DNA from: the human T2T-CHM13v2.0 reference genome, Homo sapiens
Assembly: GCF_009914755.1 (NCBI RefSeq)
Contig: NC_060947.1
Length of the DNA: 64,000 nucleotides
Direction: 5' to 3' (one strand)
Shown: positions 1-15,703 of the stretch, one piece after another
Layout of the letters: each line of letters opens with the position of its first letter
Position numbering within the stretch: position 1 is the stretch's first letter
Notes under the pieces: generated by a model
Database searches by the model: none
Seen by the model: the letters and a program-made list of their open reading frames with translations, nothing else
What the model was told of the DNA's origin: nothing
Made by a program: the position numbers and the translations under genes

Positions 1-362
1 AGATTATATTTATTGTTTTACAAAGAGAATTTTGTTTGTACATTTTGTGTTACTTCTGAAAATCTGCATAACCTAATTGTTGTTTTGACTAAAACTGACC
101 AGTATACCGTCTTTATTTTAACCAAGTCTGGAGCTTAATTTGATTAGATCTTAACTGTTTTGTATATATGATTTTACTGAAGTTAGGGATTGTATGCTTA
201 GAAATGATCTTTAGGTTTCAGTAACATTCTTTCCTGCCTTTGAAGGCATAATTTTGGCTAAATACATACTTTGTGACGTGTTTACATGACTAACCTAAAA
301 TTTGTCTTATTGTCAAGTAGTTTTAAGAGATAAAGCTCTAATTTGTACAAATTTCTTTATAG

Positions 363-491
<129 letters not shown>

Positions 492-1046
492 TAACACAAT
501 TAACACCTAATAGTTAGCAAAATAAGGTAGCAGTTGAAATTGGGCAAAGTGTGCAATAGGCAATTTATAAAAGTAGAAATACAAGAAAGTATAAGTGAGA
601 TTATTTTTTTGCTTTCAAACTGTCAAGATTGGCAAAACCTATAGCTATCTAAGGTATGGAGGAAATATAGATATGGTAGGCAATTTGGCAATTTATGTAA
701 AAATTTATAATGTGTATGCCATTTGAGGCAGCAATTCTACTTTTTAAATCTACTCTTTTATCCAAGGTGATAAGACAAGTTTGCAAAAGTTGATATACAA
801 AGTTGTATATTGCAATGTTGTTTATAGGAAGTAAGACATAATCTAAAAGTCTATTAGGATATTAGATAAATTTACTGTATAGTACATTTCTGCGATGACC
901 GTTGTACAACACTTAAAATTAGTGTAGATCTATATTCATTAATGTATAAAGAGCTTCATAATCACAAAATATATTAACAGTGATTAACTTGTTTTGGTAG
1001 ATTTCATGTTGAATTCTACTTTTTTCTCTGTATATTTCCAAACTTA

Positions 1047-1427
<381 letters not shown>

Positions 1428-1431
1428 TTAA

Positions 1432-1844
<413 letters not shown>

Positions 1845-1905
1845 AGGAATGTTCTTAATTTTATTTGAGAATTTGAATTTTCTCTATTAAAATTAATAAA
1901 ATGTA

Positions 1906-2050
1906 GGCTGGGTGTAGTGGCTGATGCCTGTAATCCCAGCACTTTGGGAGGCCAAGGTTGAGAATTGCTTGAGCCCAGGAGTTGGAGGCCAGCCTGGGCA
2001 ACATAGCAAGAGCCCATCTCTACAGAAAATGAAGAAAGAAAAATAAATAA
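1906..2050 (+). mobile_element. FLAM/Alu monomer
   Basis: Left-arm Alu sequence with A-rich tail. Confidence 0.85.
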
Positions 2051-2379
2051 AATTTAAAAGGTTGAAAAGATGGCATTTAAAAAATAACTTTTGCTATAAA
2101 GTAATAGCTGCTAGCTGTACTGTTTAGAAAATATAAAAAGGAACAAATGCAAATTATCCTTAATGTTTTCACTTCACAATAACCTTTTTGTTTTTTGATG
2201 GCCTTGTTACTCTTTTTTATGCGTACATGAAATCTGATTTTTTAACAAAATTAAATTGTGCATTCCATTTTGTAAGGCTGCATTTTAATATTAATAAACA
2301 CTGAACACATTTATGCCATTAAATAATTTCCTCAGCATCTTTTTTTTTTTTGGAGCAGGAGAGGTTCATTTATTTTTTT

Positions 2380-3276
<897 letters not shown>

Positions 3277-3762
3277 TTACAAGTTTTGTTATTACAAATA
3301 GCACTAAAACTTTTTTGTACATATTATTGTGCATAAATATTATTTCTTTTGGTTCAAGTCCTATAATTAGAATTGCTTTGTCAAAGAAGATTAAAATTCT
3401 TAAGCTTTTGCTATTTCATGTTAAGAGTTCTTGATGTAAAGATTCACCACTTAAACGTAAATAACAGAGCATGGTTGCCTAATAATTTGCTGGGGTTTTT
3501 TTTCCCCCTTTATATTTTTATATGCTATGTTAATATCCAATTAATACCAGCAGGATAGCATTCTGCCAAAACTAACCTGAAGGGTTTCTAATGTTAATAA
3601 AAACCTCCAGTTTAAATATACGAAGTACTGCACTTTTGGTCATTTGCATCATGTTTTAGTGTTTTGCAATAAAATACAGTGCCTCATTTATTGAACACCT
3701 GTATTTTAAATGAAAATGTAATATTTTAAAAGATGTTAATCTCCAGGTATTAAGAACTTTAA

Positions 3763-3936
<174 letters not shown>

Positions 3937-4125
3937 TAATCTCCAGATATTTTATTCAGCTCTCATATTTTTTAGTCATGAAACTTTATTTTTAAATCTA
4001 GCCCTTTCATTTGGAATAACTAAATTAAATTTATGCTTTATTATTAGCTTATAAATCTCTACCCTATCTCCTTTCTTAATTTTAAAGAACCAGTTACAGT
4101 GCTATCTCAATTAACAAATGAGTTG

Positions 4126-4413
4126 GGCCAGGCTTGGTGCTCATGCCTGTAATCCCAGCACTTTGGGAGGCTGAGGCAGGAGGATCACTTGAGGCCAGTA
4201 GTTTGAGAACAGCCTGGCCAACATGGTGAAACCCGTCTCTACTAAAAATAGAAAAATTAGCTGGGAGTGGGGGTGTGCACCTCTAGTCCCAGCAACTCAG
4301 GTATGAGAATGGCTCGAACCTTGGAGGCAGAGGGTGCAGTGAGCTGAGATTGCGCCACTGCACTCCAGCCTGGGGGACAGAGCGAGGCTCTGTCTCAACA
4401 ACAACAACAATAA
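4126..4413 (+). mobile_element. Alu
   Basis: Dimer with (CAA)n tail; AAATGAGTT on both flanks. Confidence 0.92.
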
Positions 4414-4969
4414 AATGAGTTAGGATTAAAACTCCGTTTATAAGCCTTTGTTTAAATTTAAACCATACAAAGTCTATAAATTATGTGAATCAAAGCAGCA
4501 TAAATTCAAGCATTACACATCTTTTTTATCAACTTTTGTCATGATCTCATTGTCAGATAGAGAAATCTTTGAGGTTTGATTCCTTTGTCTCAAGTTTTTT
4601 CTTTGGTTCTGCACTCTTACTTTGTAGTGACCTTTTCCCATGTTTTGATCCACACCCTTCTTTCCATCTGCATATTTTGTTGCCCTTATCAAAATTGGAA
4701 GTCGTTTTATTTTATACTGGGCATGTAATTTAGTGATCAATTGCACTTTTAAAGTATGGGTACATTTTAGACCTTTAACATAACCAACATTTGTGTATTA
4801 AAACCCTTTATCTGTTACCTGTGGGTTAAAGAACCTTGCTTTTAGATTCTCGGACTCTCCTTCATCCTCTTGCTCATTTAGTTATAAAAGTGCTAACTGT
4901 CTCTCTGAGGAAAATATGCTGCTCTTGTTTAAGTTTTGCTTCTACTCCCTCAACTTAATTATTATTATT

Positions 4970-5099
4970 ATTTTGTTTTTTGTAGAGACAGGGTCTCACC
5001 ATGTTGCCCAGGCTGGTCTTGAACCCCTGGCCTCAAGAGATCCTCCCACTTAGGCCACCAAAAGCACTAGGATTATAGGTGTGAACCACCACACCCAGC
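4970..5099 (-). mobile_element. FLAM/Alu monomer
   Basis: Monomer; CCCTCAACTT on both flanks. Confidence 0.85.
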
Positions 5100-5600
5100 T
5101 TCCTCCCTCAACTTTAATTAACTCTCTCCTTTCACTTTCTTCTAAAACTGAAGTTTATTTTTATGCATCCATTAGATGGTAATTTTACATAATATTTAAG
5201 GACTACCTGTATATTATTTTCAGAAATAATATCTTTTTTTCATGTAATATCCTTTTTTCCTTCTTGATTCCATCTGGATTGTTTTTTACTCAGTTACATA
5301 TTTGATAGAGTTATAATGTTGGGTTGTTATTTTGATGAATAGAGGTATTTATCGTCACATAAATATAGTTAAAATGGGCCTTAGATGGGGTTTAATTTTA
5401 CTCTTGAATTGTTTATTACAAATGTTTGTGAATTATTTTTTAACGTTCTATATGTTAGAGTAGGTCTCCTTTATGTCTTGAAAAATACAGATAATGTATT
5501 GATCATTATGTGAGAGAATTTACATTATTTTCTATGGAAAAAAGTACTGATTAAAGAATGTAGATATACCAGACCATATTCAGACTGAAAGCTAAGTGGC

Positions 5601-5632
<32 letters not shown>
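5601..5632. repeat. (GT)n microsatellite, interrupted
   Basis: Direct inspection. Confidence 0.95.
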
Positions 5633-5785
5633 ATTGTTTTAAAGAAAGTAACAGTGACATAAAATGTCAGTATATCTGCACATTCTCACACTTTACAACC
5701 TGCTTATTTTCTATTCCTCAAATTAAAAGCTTGGCAAAGGAAGTAGTGAGTGAAATTTCCTAAGTTATTGACTTTTTTATTATAG

Positions 5786-6067
<282 letters not shown>

Positions 6068-6749
6068 TAATACACAAAAAAGTTTATACTTCAGCAACTT
6101 TATAATTTAAGGATTATAACTGTGTTTTATGCATAATACTCTATTTTAATATTGTGAGTTTTCCTCCAGTATAATTTTGGCTTTTGACACGTAATTTGAA
6201 TACTTTATGTATTATTTAAGAGACTGGACTCACTATGTTGCCCAGACTGGCTTTGAACTCCTGGGCTCCAGTGATTTTCCTGCCTTAATCTGAGTAGCTG
6301 GGACTGTAGGCAGGAACCACTGCCTGGCTGCTTTTTGTGTTATTATCTGCATTTGTGCCTTAACCCAACTAAGGAGGGAGCATTTGAAAAAGAATAATAA
6401 AGGCAATCCATCAGGAACATCCTTTAATTCTCAAACAGGGCACTTTTCTGGTTTAGTCTCCAATAATAGTGACTTATAAAAGAGCCCCCAAAATGGATTT
6501 AAATTCTCAAAAATCTTCTACCTTTCGCCATGGCTTTGAGGTGTAAAAGGGCAGAAGCGTATGGATACCTCATATTGTAAATAATCTTGTCTGAAAACTC
6601 ACTAGTATTTTGCATTTAAAGACTATAGATTTTATATGAAATTCTAAAGCAGGCAAAACTAATGTATGGTGATAAAAATTACAGTAACGGTTACTTCTAG
6701 TGTTGGAGAGTTTGAATGGGAACACTAGGGTACTAGAGTTCTGTATCTT

Positions 6750-7026
6750 TTTTTTTTTTTGAAATGAAGTTAGGTCTGTCCTTCAGGCACCATCTCGGCC
6801 CACTGCAAACTCTGCCTCCTGGGTTCAAGTGATTCTCCTGCCTCAGCCTCCTGCGTAGGTGGGATTACAGGCGTGCACCACCATGCCCGGCTAATTTTGT
6901 ATTTTTAGTAGAGACAGGGTTTCACCATGTTGGCCAGGCTAGTCTCAAACTCCTGACCTCAGGTGATCTGTCCACCTTGGCCTCGCAAAGTGCTGGGATT
7001 ACAGACGTGAACCACTGTGCCCTGCC
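6750..7026 (-). mobile_element. AluS within older L1M sequence
   Basis: TSD AGTTCTGTATCTT at 6737-6749 and 7028-7040. Confidence 0.92.
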
Positions 7027-7139
7027 AAGTTCTGTATCTTGTTAGGTATGTGGGTCACACAGGTCTATGTTCAGTTATAAAACTGATACAACTGTGCTCT
7101 TAGTTTTGTGTGTTCTATTGTATATAAATTTATCCCAGT

Positions 7140-7730
7140 TAAAATTGCATAAGCAGTATTAATCAGAGAAATAAAAATTAAAACAAATACCATTTCTCAC
7201 CTAGCACATTAGGAAAAATTAAGAAGTCTGATAGTGTCAAGTATTGCCAAGGATGTGAGGCAGCAGAGCCTTTTATACATTGTTGGTGACAGTACAAGAC
7301 CATTTTGTGGAGCTCTTTGGCAATGCCTAGTAAAGTTTAAGATTCTCTCTACCTCATGATCCAGTAATTTCATTCATAAGTAGATACCCCACAGAAACTC
7401 CTGAATACATGCACAAGGAGACCGATAAAAGAATGATGGCTGTTTGATTGTTTGAAATAGTGGAAAAACTCAAAATAACCTAAACATCCATCAACTGAAA
7501 ATGGATCAATAGATTGATATATAATGGAATACCATACAACAGTAAAAATAGCTGGATTTCATTGAGTACAAACAGCAAAGTACAAAACTGTACTATGATG
7601 TTTACAGACAACTATGTATTGAATGTACAAAATGTGCATGGGGGTGATAAGTAGTGGTAACCTCTGGGCACGAGGAGGAAGCAAAATGGGGATAGCTTTA
7701 GTGCGGGCTACTTATCTGTAATGTCCTATT
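7140..7730 (+). mobile_element. Degraded L1M (ORF2 end / 3' UTR)
   Basis: CCAAGGATGTGAG..., CATGATCCAGTAATT..., CATCCATCAAC motifs typical of old L1 3' ends. Confidence 0.65.
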
Positions 7731-7916
7731 TAGGTATGTGGTGGGTACATAATTGTAAATCTCTCTGCCAGTGAGTATATTTTGGCTCAAGTTTTGTATC
7801 TTGTTGCAGACTTAACAGTTTTTGGAGTGGTAGCCAGTTCACAGGCCACACTTGGAGGAGTACTGTACTACTATATATGACTGAAGTGTATTGTAATACA
7901 GAAAGACATACTGGGA

Positions 7917-8204
7917 GTCGGGTGCCGCGGCTCACACCTGTAATCCCAGCATTTTGGGAGGTCAAGGCGGGCAGAGAGTTCGAGAGCAATCTGGCCAACA
8001 TGGTGAAACCCTGTCTCTACAAAAGATGCAAAAATTAGCCAGGCATGGCGGTGTGCACCTGTAATCCCAGCTACTCAGGAGGCCGAGGCAGGAGAATCGC
8101 TTGAACCTGGGAGACGGAGTTGCAGTGAGCCGAGATGGCACCACTGCACTACAGCCTCGATGACAGAGTGAGACTGTGTCTCAAAAAAAAAAAAAAAAAA
8201 AAAG
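7917..8204 (+). mobile_element. AluS
   Basis: Dimer with long A tail, small left-arm deletion. Confidence 0.92.
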
Positions 8205-8907
8205 AGAAAGGCACACTGAACAGCTAACAAAGCAGTATGCTTTGTGACTGATTTCTCCTATTCTCTTTAATGCTGTTCACACTGGTGAATCTGAATTGAT
8301 AGAAATCAGTCATTACAATGACAGCAAATATTTGAATTGCACTTTACAGTTAATTGACAAATAGTTGTCTTTATTTGAAGCATAATTTAGCCTTATAGAA
8401 CTCTTGGTGTCAGAGCCTTGGACTTGAATCATAGTTATGCTGCCTACTCATTTTTATTACTGTGGGATTACTTCTTAATTTCAATTATCCTTTCTTTCGT
8501 CACCTGTAAAATTGGGAAAACATTTCCCTCATAGAATTGTAAGAATAGTTAAGGAACCTGAGGAAAAAAAAAAATATCTAGCACATAGTCGTCACATGAA
8601 CGTTAGTTGAATTTTGATTGCAAAATTACATATAAGCCTTGAGATACTTGGATCCAAGGGTAGATTTATGATTTCCATCAGGCTGAAACTTTTTTGCAGG
8701 TAGGTATCATATCATATCCATCTTTGTATCTATCCATAGTGCCTGGGACATAATAGGTACTCAGCAAATGTTAAACTGAGTGCTCTGAATTATTTCATTT
8801 GATGTGAAAATCTTGGCAGAGACAACATTGTTCATTAATGTCCTGTAAGGCTGAGTTTGAGTAGTGAAGTAATATGCCTATGCTCGCACAACTATGAGTT
8901 AATATAA

Positions 8908-9213
<306 letters not shown>

Positions 9214-9789
9214 TAATGTTTACCAACTGAATTGTCATTAAGGTTCACCTTATTTTTTATTTGAGATGTGTTCAATAATAGCTTACAAAATGTGTTCATT
9301 ATGTGTAAACATGCTGTTGTAGGCATTTTAGATACATAAACTCAGTTCTCACAACTTTTTGGGTACATCTTCATTTTTCAGATGACAGTACTTAACACAG
9401 AGAGGTTAAGTAACATACTCATGTCACAGTTATTAAGTAGGAGAGCCATGCAGTTTCACTGTAGAGTGCCTGCTTTTTAAAATCTGTGCTACACTGTATG
9501 CATAGGGAAATGGACTCAGTATTATAGAGCTAGTTATTACCCAAGAGATCAGATCATCTAGTTAAAGTGGAACAACAGATTCAGAGAGGTTGCAACTTCT
9601 GAATTCCTATGAAGAGGCCATTAATCATGAAGAACTTCATAGAAATAGAGTGCTATCGTATTAGAGGTAGGAATGCATTATGACGCTTGAAGCTCTTAGA
9701 CTCCTAGCACTCCAGAGTTGGTTCAAAATGGGCCTGGGGACTTTTTTCTTTTTCTTAGGAATTATTAAATTAGCATAGTTGTCAAAATT

Positions 9790-10215
9790 TGTCCCAGTTA
9801 TTATTGTTGAATAGCAAATTACCTCAAAACTTAGGACATAGCCAGGATCATGGTGTCTGGTACCTCAGCCAGGAAGGCTCAAAGGCTGGTGGCTGAAATC
9901 ATACGGAGGCATCTTCACTTACATATCTGATGCTGGCTGTCATTTGGGACCTCAGCTGTACTGTCTGCCAGAACACCAACGTGTGACTTCTCCATGTCAG
10001 CATAACACTAGGCTCCAAGAGCAAGTGTCCCGAAAGACCAGAAGTGGAAGGTGCCAATTTCTTAAGGCCTGGGCCCAAAAACTAGCATAGCGTAATTTCT
10101 GCCATATTCTATTGGCCAAGCAATCACAGAGATTCTAGGGGAGAGGACATAATTCTTAACCTCTTAATGTGAGGAACGTCAAAGAATTTTGGGGCCATAT
10201 TTTTAAATTGCCACA
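9790..10215 (-). mobile_element. MLT1-type MaLR LTR
   Basis: TGT...CCACA termini and MLT1-like internal wording. Confidence 0.6.
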
Positions 10216-10575
10216 TAACTCATCAGCTTTCATTTATGATCAAGTGCTTAGTGTTTAAAACTTGATTGTCCTATGAATTTTAGTATCTTTTGTCCAGTAG
10301 TATAAAGGCATAACCTTATATTTCTAACTTGTACAATTTTACACTGGTTAGTTATATAGTCCCAACATCACAGTTGATGGGGAAATCTCTTTTATTACCC
10401 TGGGCCAGTTAAAGTAGTTAGGGCTGATGGTTTATAAGTTAAAAGAAACTTTTCTGTTTTTTAAAAACAAAATGTTATCAAATTGAAAGATGATGTTTTC
10501 TCATATCACTAAATTTTTGAAAGTTTTTATCATCTGAACTAGTAGTTAATAGTTATAGGTGTGTGCTGGGCCATC

Positions 10576-10700
10576 AAATCTCTCTCTCTCTTTTTTTTTA
10601 GACCTCATGGAAACACATGAATGGGTATTTATATTACAGAAATCTCTCTTTTTTTTTTAGACCTCATGGAAACACATATGAATTGGTATTTATATCACAT
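10576..10700 (+). repeat. Two-copy ~62-bp tandem duplication
   Basis: AAATCTCTC(T)nAGACCTCATGGAAACACAT..GAAT.GGTATTTATAT.ACA at 10576 and 10640. Confidence 0.92.
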
Positions 10701-11021
10701 TTTACAAATAGATTATTAAACCAGATACGTCAATTTTTACAGGAAGAATCAATGCTCTCATTCAGGTTTTTGGGGAGAATCATAGAAATTGGGGCATTAA
10801 TAAGTTAACAGAAGGAAGTATGAATACTGATAGGTTGGCCAAGTCAATGCAATTTTGAAGACAGTATTGGAGCCTGAATGCAGTAGAACTTAAAGGCTGA
10901 TGTAATTATATTGCAAAATGTGGAGTTTATGTTTAATCTATTATTAGAGTATTAGCTATTCATGCATTTTCTTTCCACTCTTATTCCTTAAAACCTTACA
11001 CACATTTGCAAATATGTATAA

Positions 11022-11618
<597 letters not shown>

Positions 11619-12289
11619 TCATATGTATAATCTTCTAATGAAATAGTTTTCTTCTAAATTCACAATCAAAAAGTGCTATCAATTTTTTTCTCCCAGGTCA
11701 GTGATTTTAAAAATTACTATTAATTCAGTAACAATTGTACACAAATTTGACTTATTAATTATGGCAACATTTACAGACATTTGAAAAAAGTAGCTTTTGC
11801 AGGTGTGAAACCTTTTTTCTTTTTAGTCCAATGCTTAATTAATAATTGTATAGATTTGTGGCCCCCTTGCAGTTGCCTCTTACTACCTGCTCAGTGGTCT
11901 GCATCCCATAGGTTGGGAACCAGTCTCCTATTGCTTCCATCCCTGTTGCCATTTCTCACTCACCTAGGCCACACAATTAGCCTTTTAACTGGTCTGTTTG
12001 CTCACCGGTATTCTGTTTTTAAGTTCACTCCCCACACTGCCACCACATTGACTAAAACATGTAACTCACCAAATTGCTTCCCTACCTTAAAACCTTCAGC
12101 AGCAGTTCCCTGTTACCTTAGAAGAGCTCACAAGATTTTCCACAGTTTGATTCCTGCTTCTTTATCCAGCCTTGTCTTTTGCTACCCTTTCGATCTTTAT
12201 GCCCCAGGAGTAGCAAACTGTTAGTTTTGAACCATATGAAATTGCCCTTTTTGTAGGTCAAATATCAGCAGATTAATAGGGTTCAGTCG

Positions 12290-12734
<445 letters not shown>

Positions 12735-12975
12735 TCACTGCCCCCATTCCCCTTATACTTCCCTCTCTCCTTGCATTTACCACACTGTATTTTAATTGCC
12801 TGGTTGTTTTGTGTCGCAACTAGACTCTAAGGCCAGGTCAGGGACTGCCCCTTACATAGGTTTGTGTCCCCCGTTCCTGTGACTTGCATGTGGAAATCAA
12901 CAGATGTTTATTGACCTGAACAGGTTGTATTAGACATCTGAATAGTCAAAATTAGTGACTAAACCTCGTCGTTAA

Positions 12976-13179
<204 letters not shown>

Positions 13180-13265
13180 TAAGTACATTTGATCATTTTC
13201 TGTACTATAACTTTATTAATTACATAGAAAAAGTTAAGTTAAAAGAGGAATAAAATTCTCCTTGA

Positions 13266-13379
<114 letters not shown>

Positions 13380-13689
13380 TAAGTGAGAGTGCCTTATTGT
13401 CTGAGTCTAGGAAGTTCACTAATTCATTTTAACATTTTAATGTGTGCCTTATCTAAAAATTTCAGCAAACTCTCTAGAGTAACCTAAGCTGAAATAATCA
13501 AGGAACTAAAAATTGGTCTTTCCAACAGAAAAGCAAAATATTTTAATTAAAATACTACCTAGTTAGCCAAAGGACCAATCTTAGGTTGATCTGTTGGAAA
13601 AGTTTAAATATCAATCCTTGTTTATTTTGGTACACAGCATTAAAAATACAGTTGTGTTACATCCTAATTGATTTTCCCAACTTAGTTCA

Positions 13690-14240
13690 GGCCCTCATCT
13701 CTCACCTGAACTATTGTATTAGCTTTCTAACTGGTTTTCTTCCCTCAAATCTCCCATTTATTTTCTCACCAAACCTCTCCCTTCACCCCCCGCTCCATCA
13801 TTCACACCACCATCAAGAATTACTATTCTAGAATAAAAATCTTACCATGTAACTCTTACTTAAAACCTTTCTGTGGCTCCCCATTGCCTGCTGGATAAAC
13901 TCCCAACTTCCTTAGCTCATGGCATGCAAGATGTTTCAAAATATGGCCCCTGCCACGTTTTAGTATCATTTCCTATTCCCTGGCAGCTGGTAAAATCATC
14001 ATAAAAGAACAAGCTCAGGTGTCACTTTAACTGAAGCTTTGGTCATCTATGCTCCCATAACACTATGTATATCCATATTTCTTATAGCACTTGCCACATT
14101 GTATTGTAAATATTTGTTTATGAGTTTGTCCCGTTTGTCTAGACTGTGAGCTCCTCAAGGGCAGGGACCACATTCATTGCCTATCAGTGCTTGGCACGTA
14201 AAAGGTGCTAAGTAAATGTTCATTGAATGAATAAATGTTC
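13690..14240 (+). mobile_element. L2 3' fragment
   Basis: AGACTGTGAGCTCCTCAAGGGCAGGGACC ... TTGAATGAATAAATG L2 terminus. Confidence 0.8.
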
Positions 14241-14509
14241 AATGCTAAAAAAATGAAGTTTATCTTTTAAATACTTTGTTTTTACTGGATTATGTATGAT
14301 AACTTTATAAATCTTTCTAAAATCTTCATTAGCTTTGGCTCTAAAAAACATGGCAGACAAGCAGTCTTTAGATAATTTTTTTAAATGTCTTGATTGGTAT
14401 ACAGGGAAAAGTGTGATGATTATGATTAAGTTTTTGAGTTTGAAAGCATTGTATTTATAATGTGGTATATGTTTTACTATTGGGAGATAGTAGTTGTTAC
14501 CCTCTTCTT

Positions 14510-15703
14510 TTTTTAATTTATATTTTGTTCTGTCTTGTTGGTTTTTAGATGTTAAGAATTTTACCTGTTTTTCTTACAAAATGATCATTTACTATGAGTG
14601 GTGGCCTGCATAAATTCACTTTAGTTATCTCCATAGTGGTCTTAACCTCTAGAGACACAAGGTATACTCTATTACACGTATAGATTCTGATCCTGGTTAA
14701 TATGGTCATCATCTATATTGTCACATAGTTCTATCCCCTTTTGTCTGTTTCTGTGACCACATTCCTTTTAATATAAGTTCTTATTTTATGCTGGATCCTA
14801 CAACTGATTTCTTGGCTTCCAAGTAGTCGCCGGTCCATATATTCCAGAATTCTGCCATGCAATCATTTGGTCTATATCTCTCCCCATAAAACATTACACC
14901 AGTTCCTAAGATCCTATATAGCATGTCACTACTTAGTACCATTTTAATTCCCAATTATAGTTAACTCCCCCGCCTCCCGGCAACTACAAGAAATTATCTC
15001 AGTTAAATGACTATTACCAAAGGATTCTTTGGTGGTTGTACCATAAGTCATCTATTGCATGGGACTCTAAAGCATTTTCATCTTACAATGATTTTTCTAT
15101 AATGGTATCTGCCCTATAACTAAAAATACTTCCAAATTTTCTTTTTTATTTTTCATAGCTTGTATCACATATATCTTCCTTGTACTTCAAACAAAATGCA
15201 GAACGGCTTTCTGATTTTCTGTCACATAGTTCATACAGCACATATATTCCCTTCACGGTTGCCTCTACAAAATATAGTAAAATTGTCTTTCTACCCAGAA
15301 CTGTTAGGAAGTAAGGACCATTATAAACATATTTGTCCAGGTAACATGGATCAGAGATCGTATCTTGTTATCTTTATATCTTTTAAGAACCAGCATAGTA
15401 TTGTGTAAATTGTAAGCATTCGGTAAATAATTGCTGGGGTTTTGGCAACTTTCTTGACTGTGGGGGTGTCTTTGGATGAGAAAAGAAGGTAATGTTGGCC
15501 AAACTAGGGAAAAACAAGTCCTACTCAGTTTCACTATTATGTTGGCTACTTTATGCTGATCTGGGCTAATTTGTGAACTTAATTTATTCCCCATAATTAT
15601 GTAATAACATATATAACTTTTGGTCTTAGTTTTTCATTTTAAATTTCTAAATATGTCTTAGTTTTGAGTTTCATAGGGCACACGAATCTGAAGTTTCAGC
15701 ATG
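14510..15703 (-). pseudogene. Candidate endogenous paramyxovirus-like matrix (M) gene fossil (retroposed viral mRNA)
   Basis: Broken reading frame ATG 15594 to TAA 14545 (349 codons). Colinear blocks ILCWFLKDI, LYELCDRKSESR, KRKFGSIF, ILGTGVMFYGERYRPNDC and EITKV...NDHFVRKTGKILNI* resemble Nipah M. AAATTAAAAAAA 3' tract and degraded TSD. By-eye alignment only. Confidence 0.55.

Noticed and set aside
11781-12224. 147-aa + strand ORF
   Set aside because: Non-ATG start, overlaps degraded L2-like sequence, no recognisable domain
14719-15232. 13-mer TGTCACATAGTTC twice within the M-like element (14719-14731 and 15220-15232)
   Set aside because: No extension; nucleotide identity would not be expected to survive from an ancient domain duplication
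15240-15345. YLDK, FVE and GIY mini-matches to Nipah M
   Set aside because: Out of register with the five colinear blocks, so not counted as evidence
15150-15420. PiggyBac-like reading (NAYNLH; Cys spacing in ELCDRK...FCLKYKEDIC)
   Set aside because: No DDD core or TTAA/TIR found, and the frame continues ~200 codons with blocks better explained by a matrix-like protein
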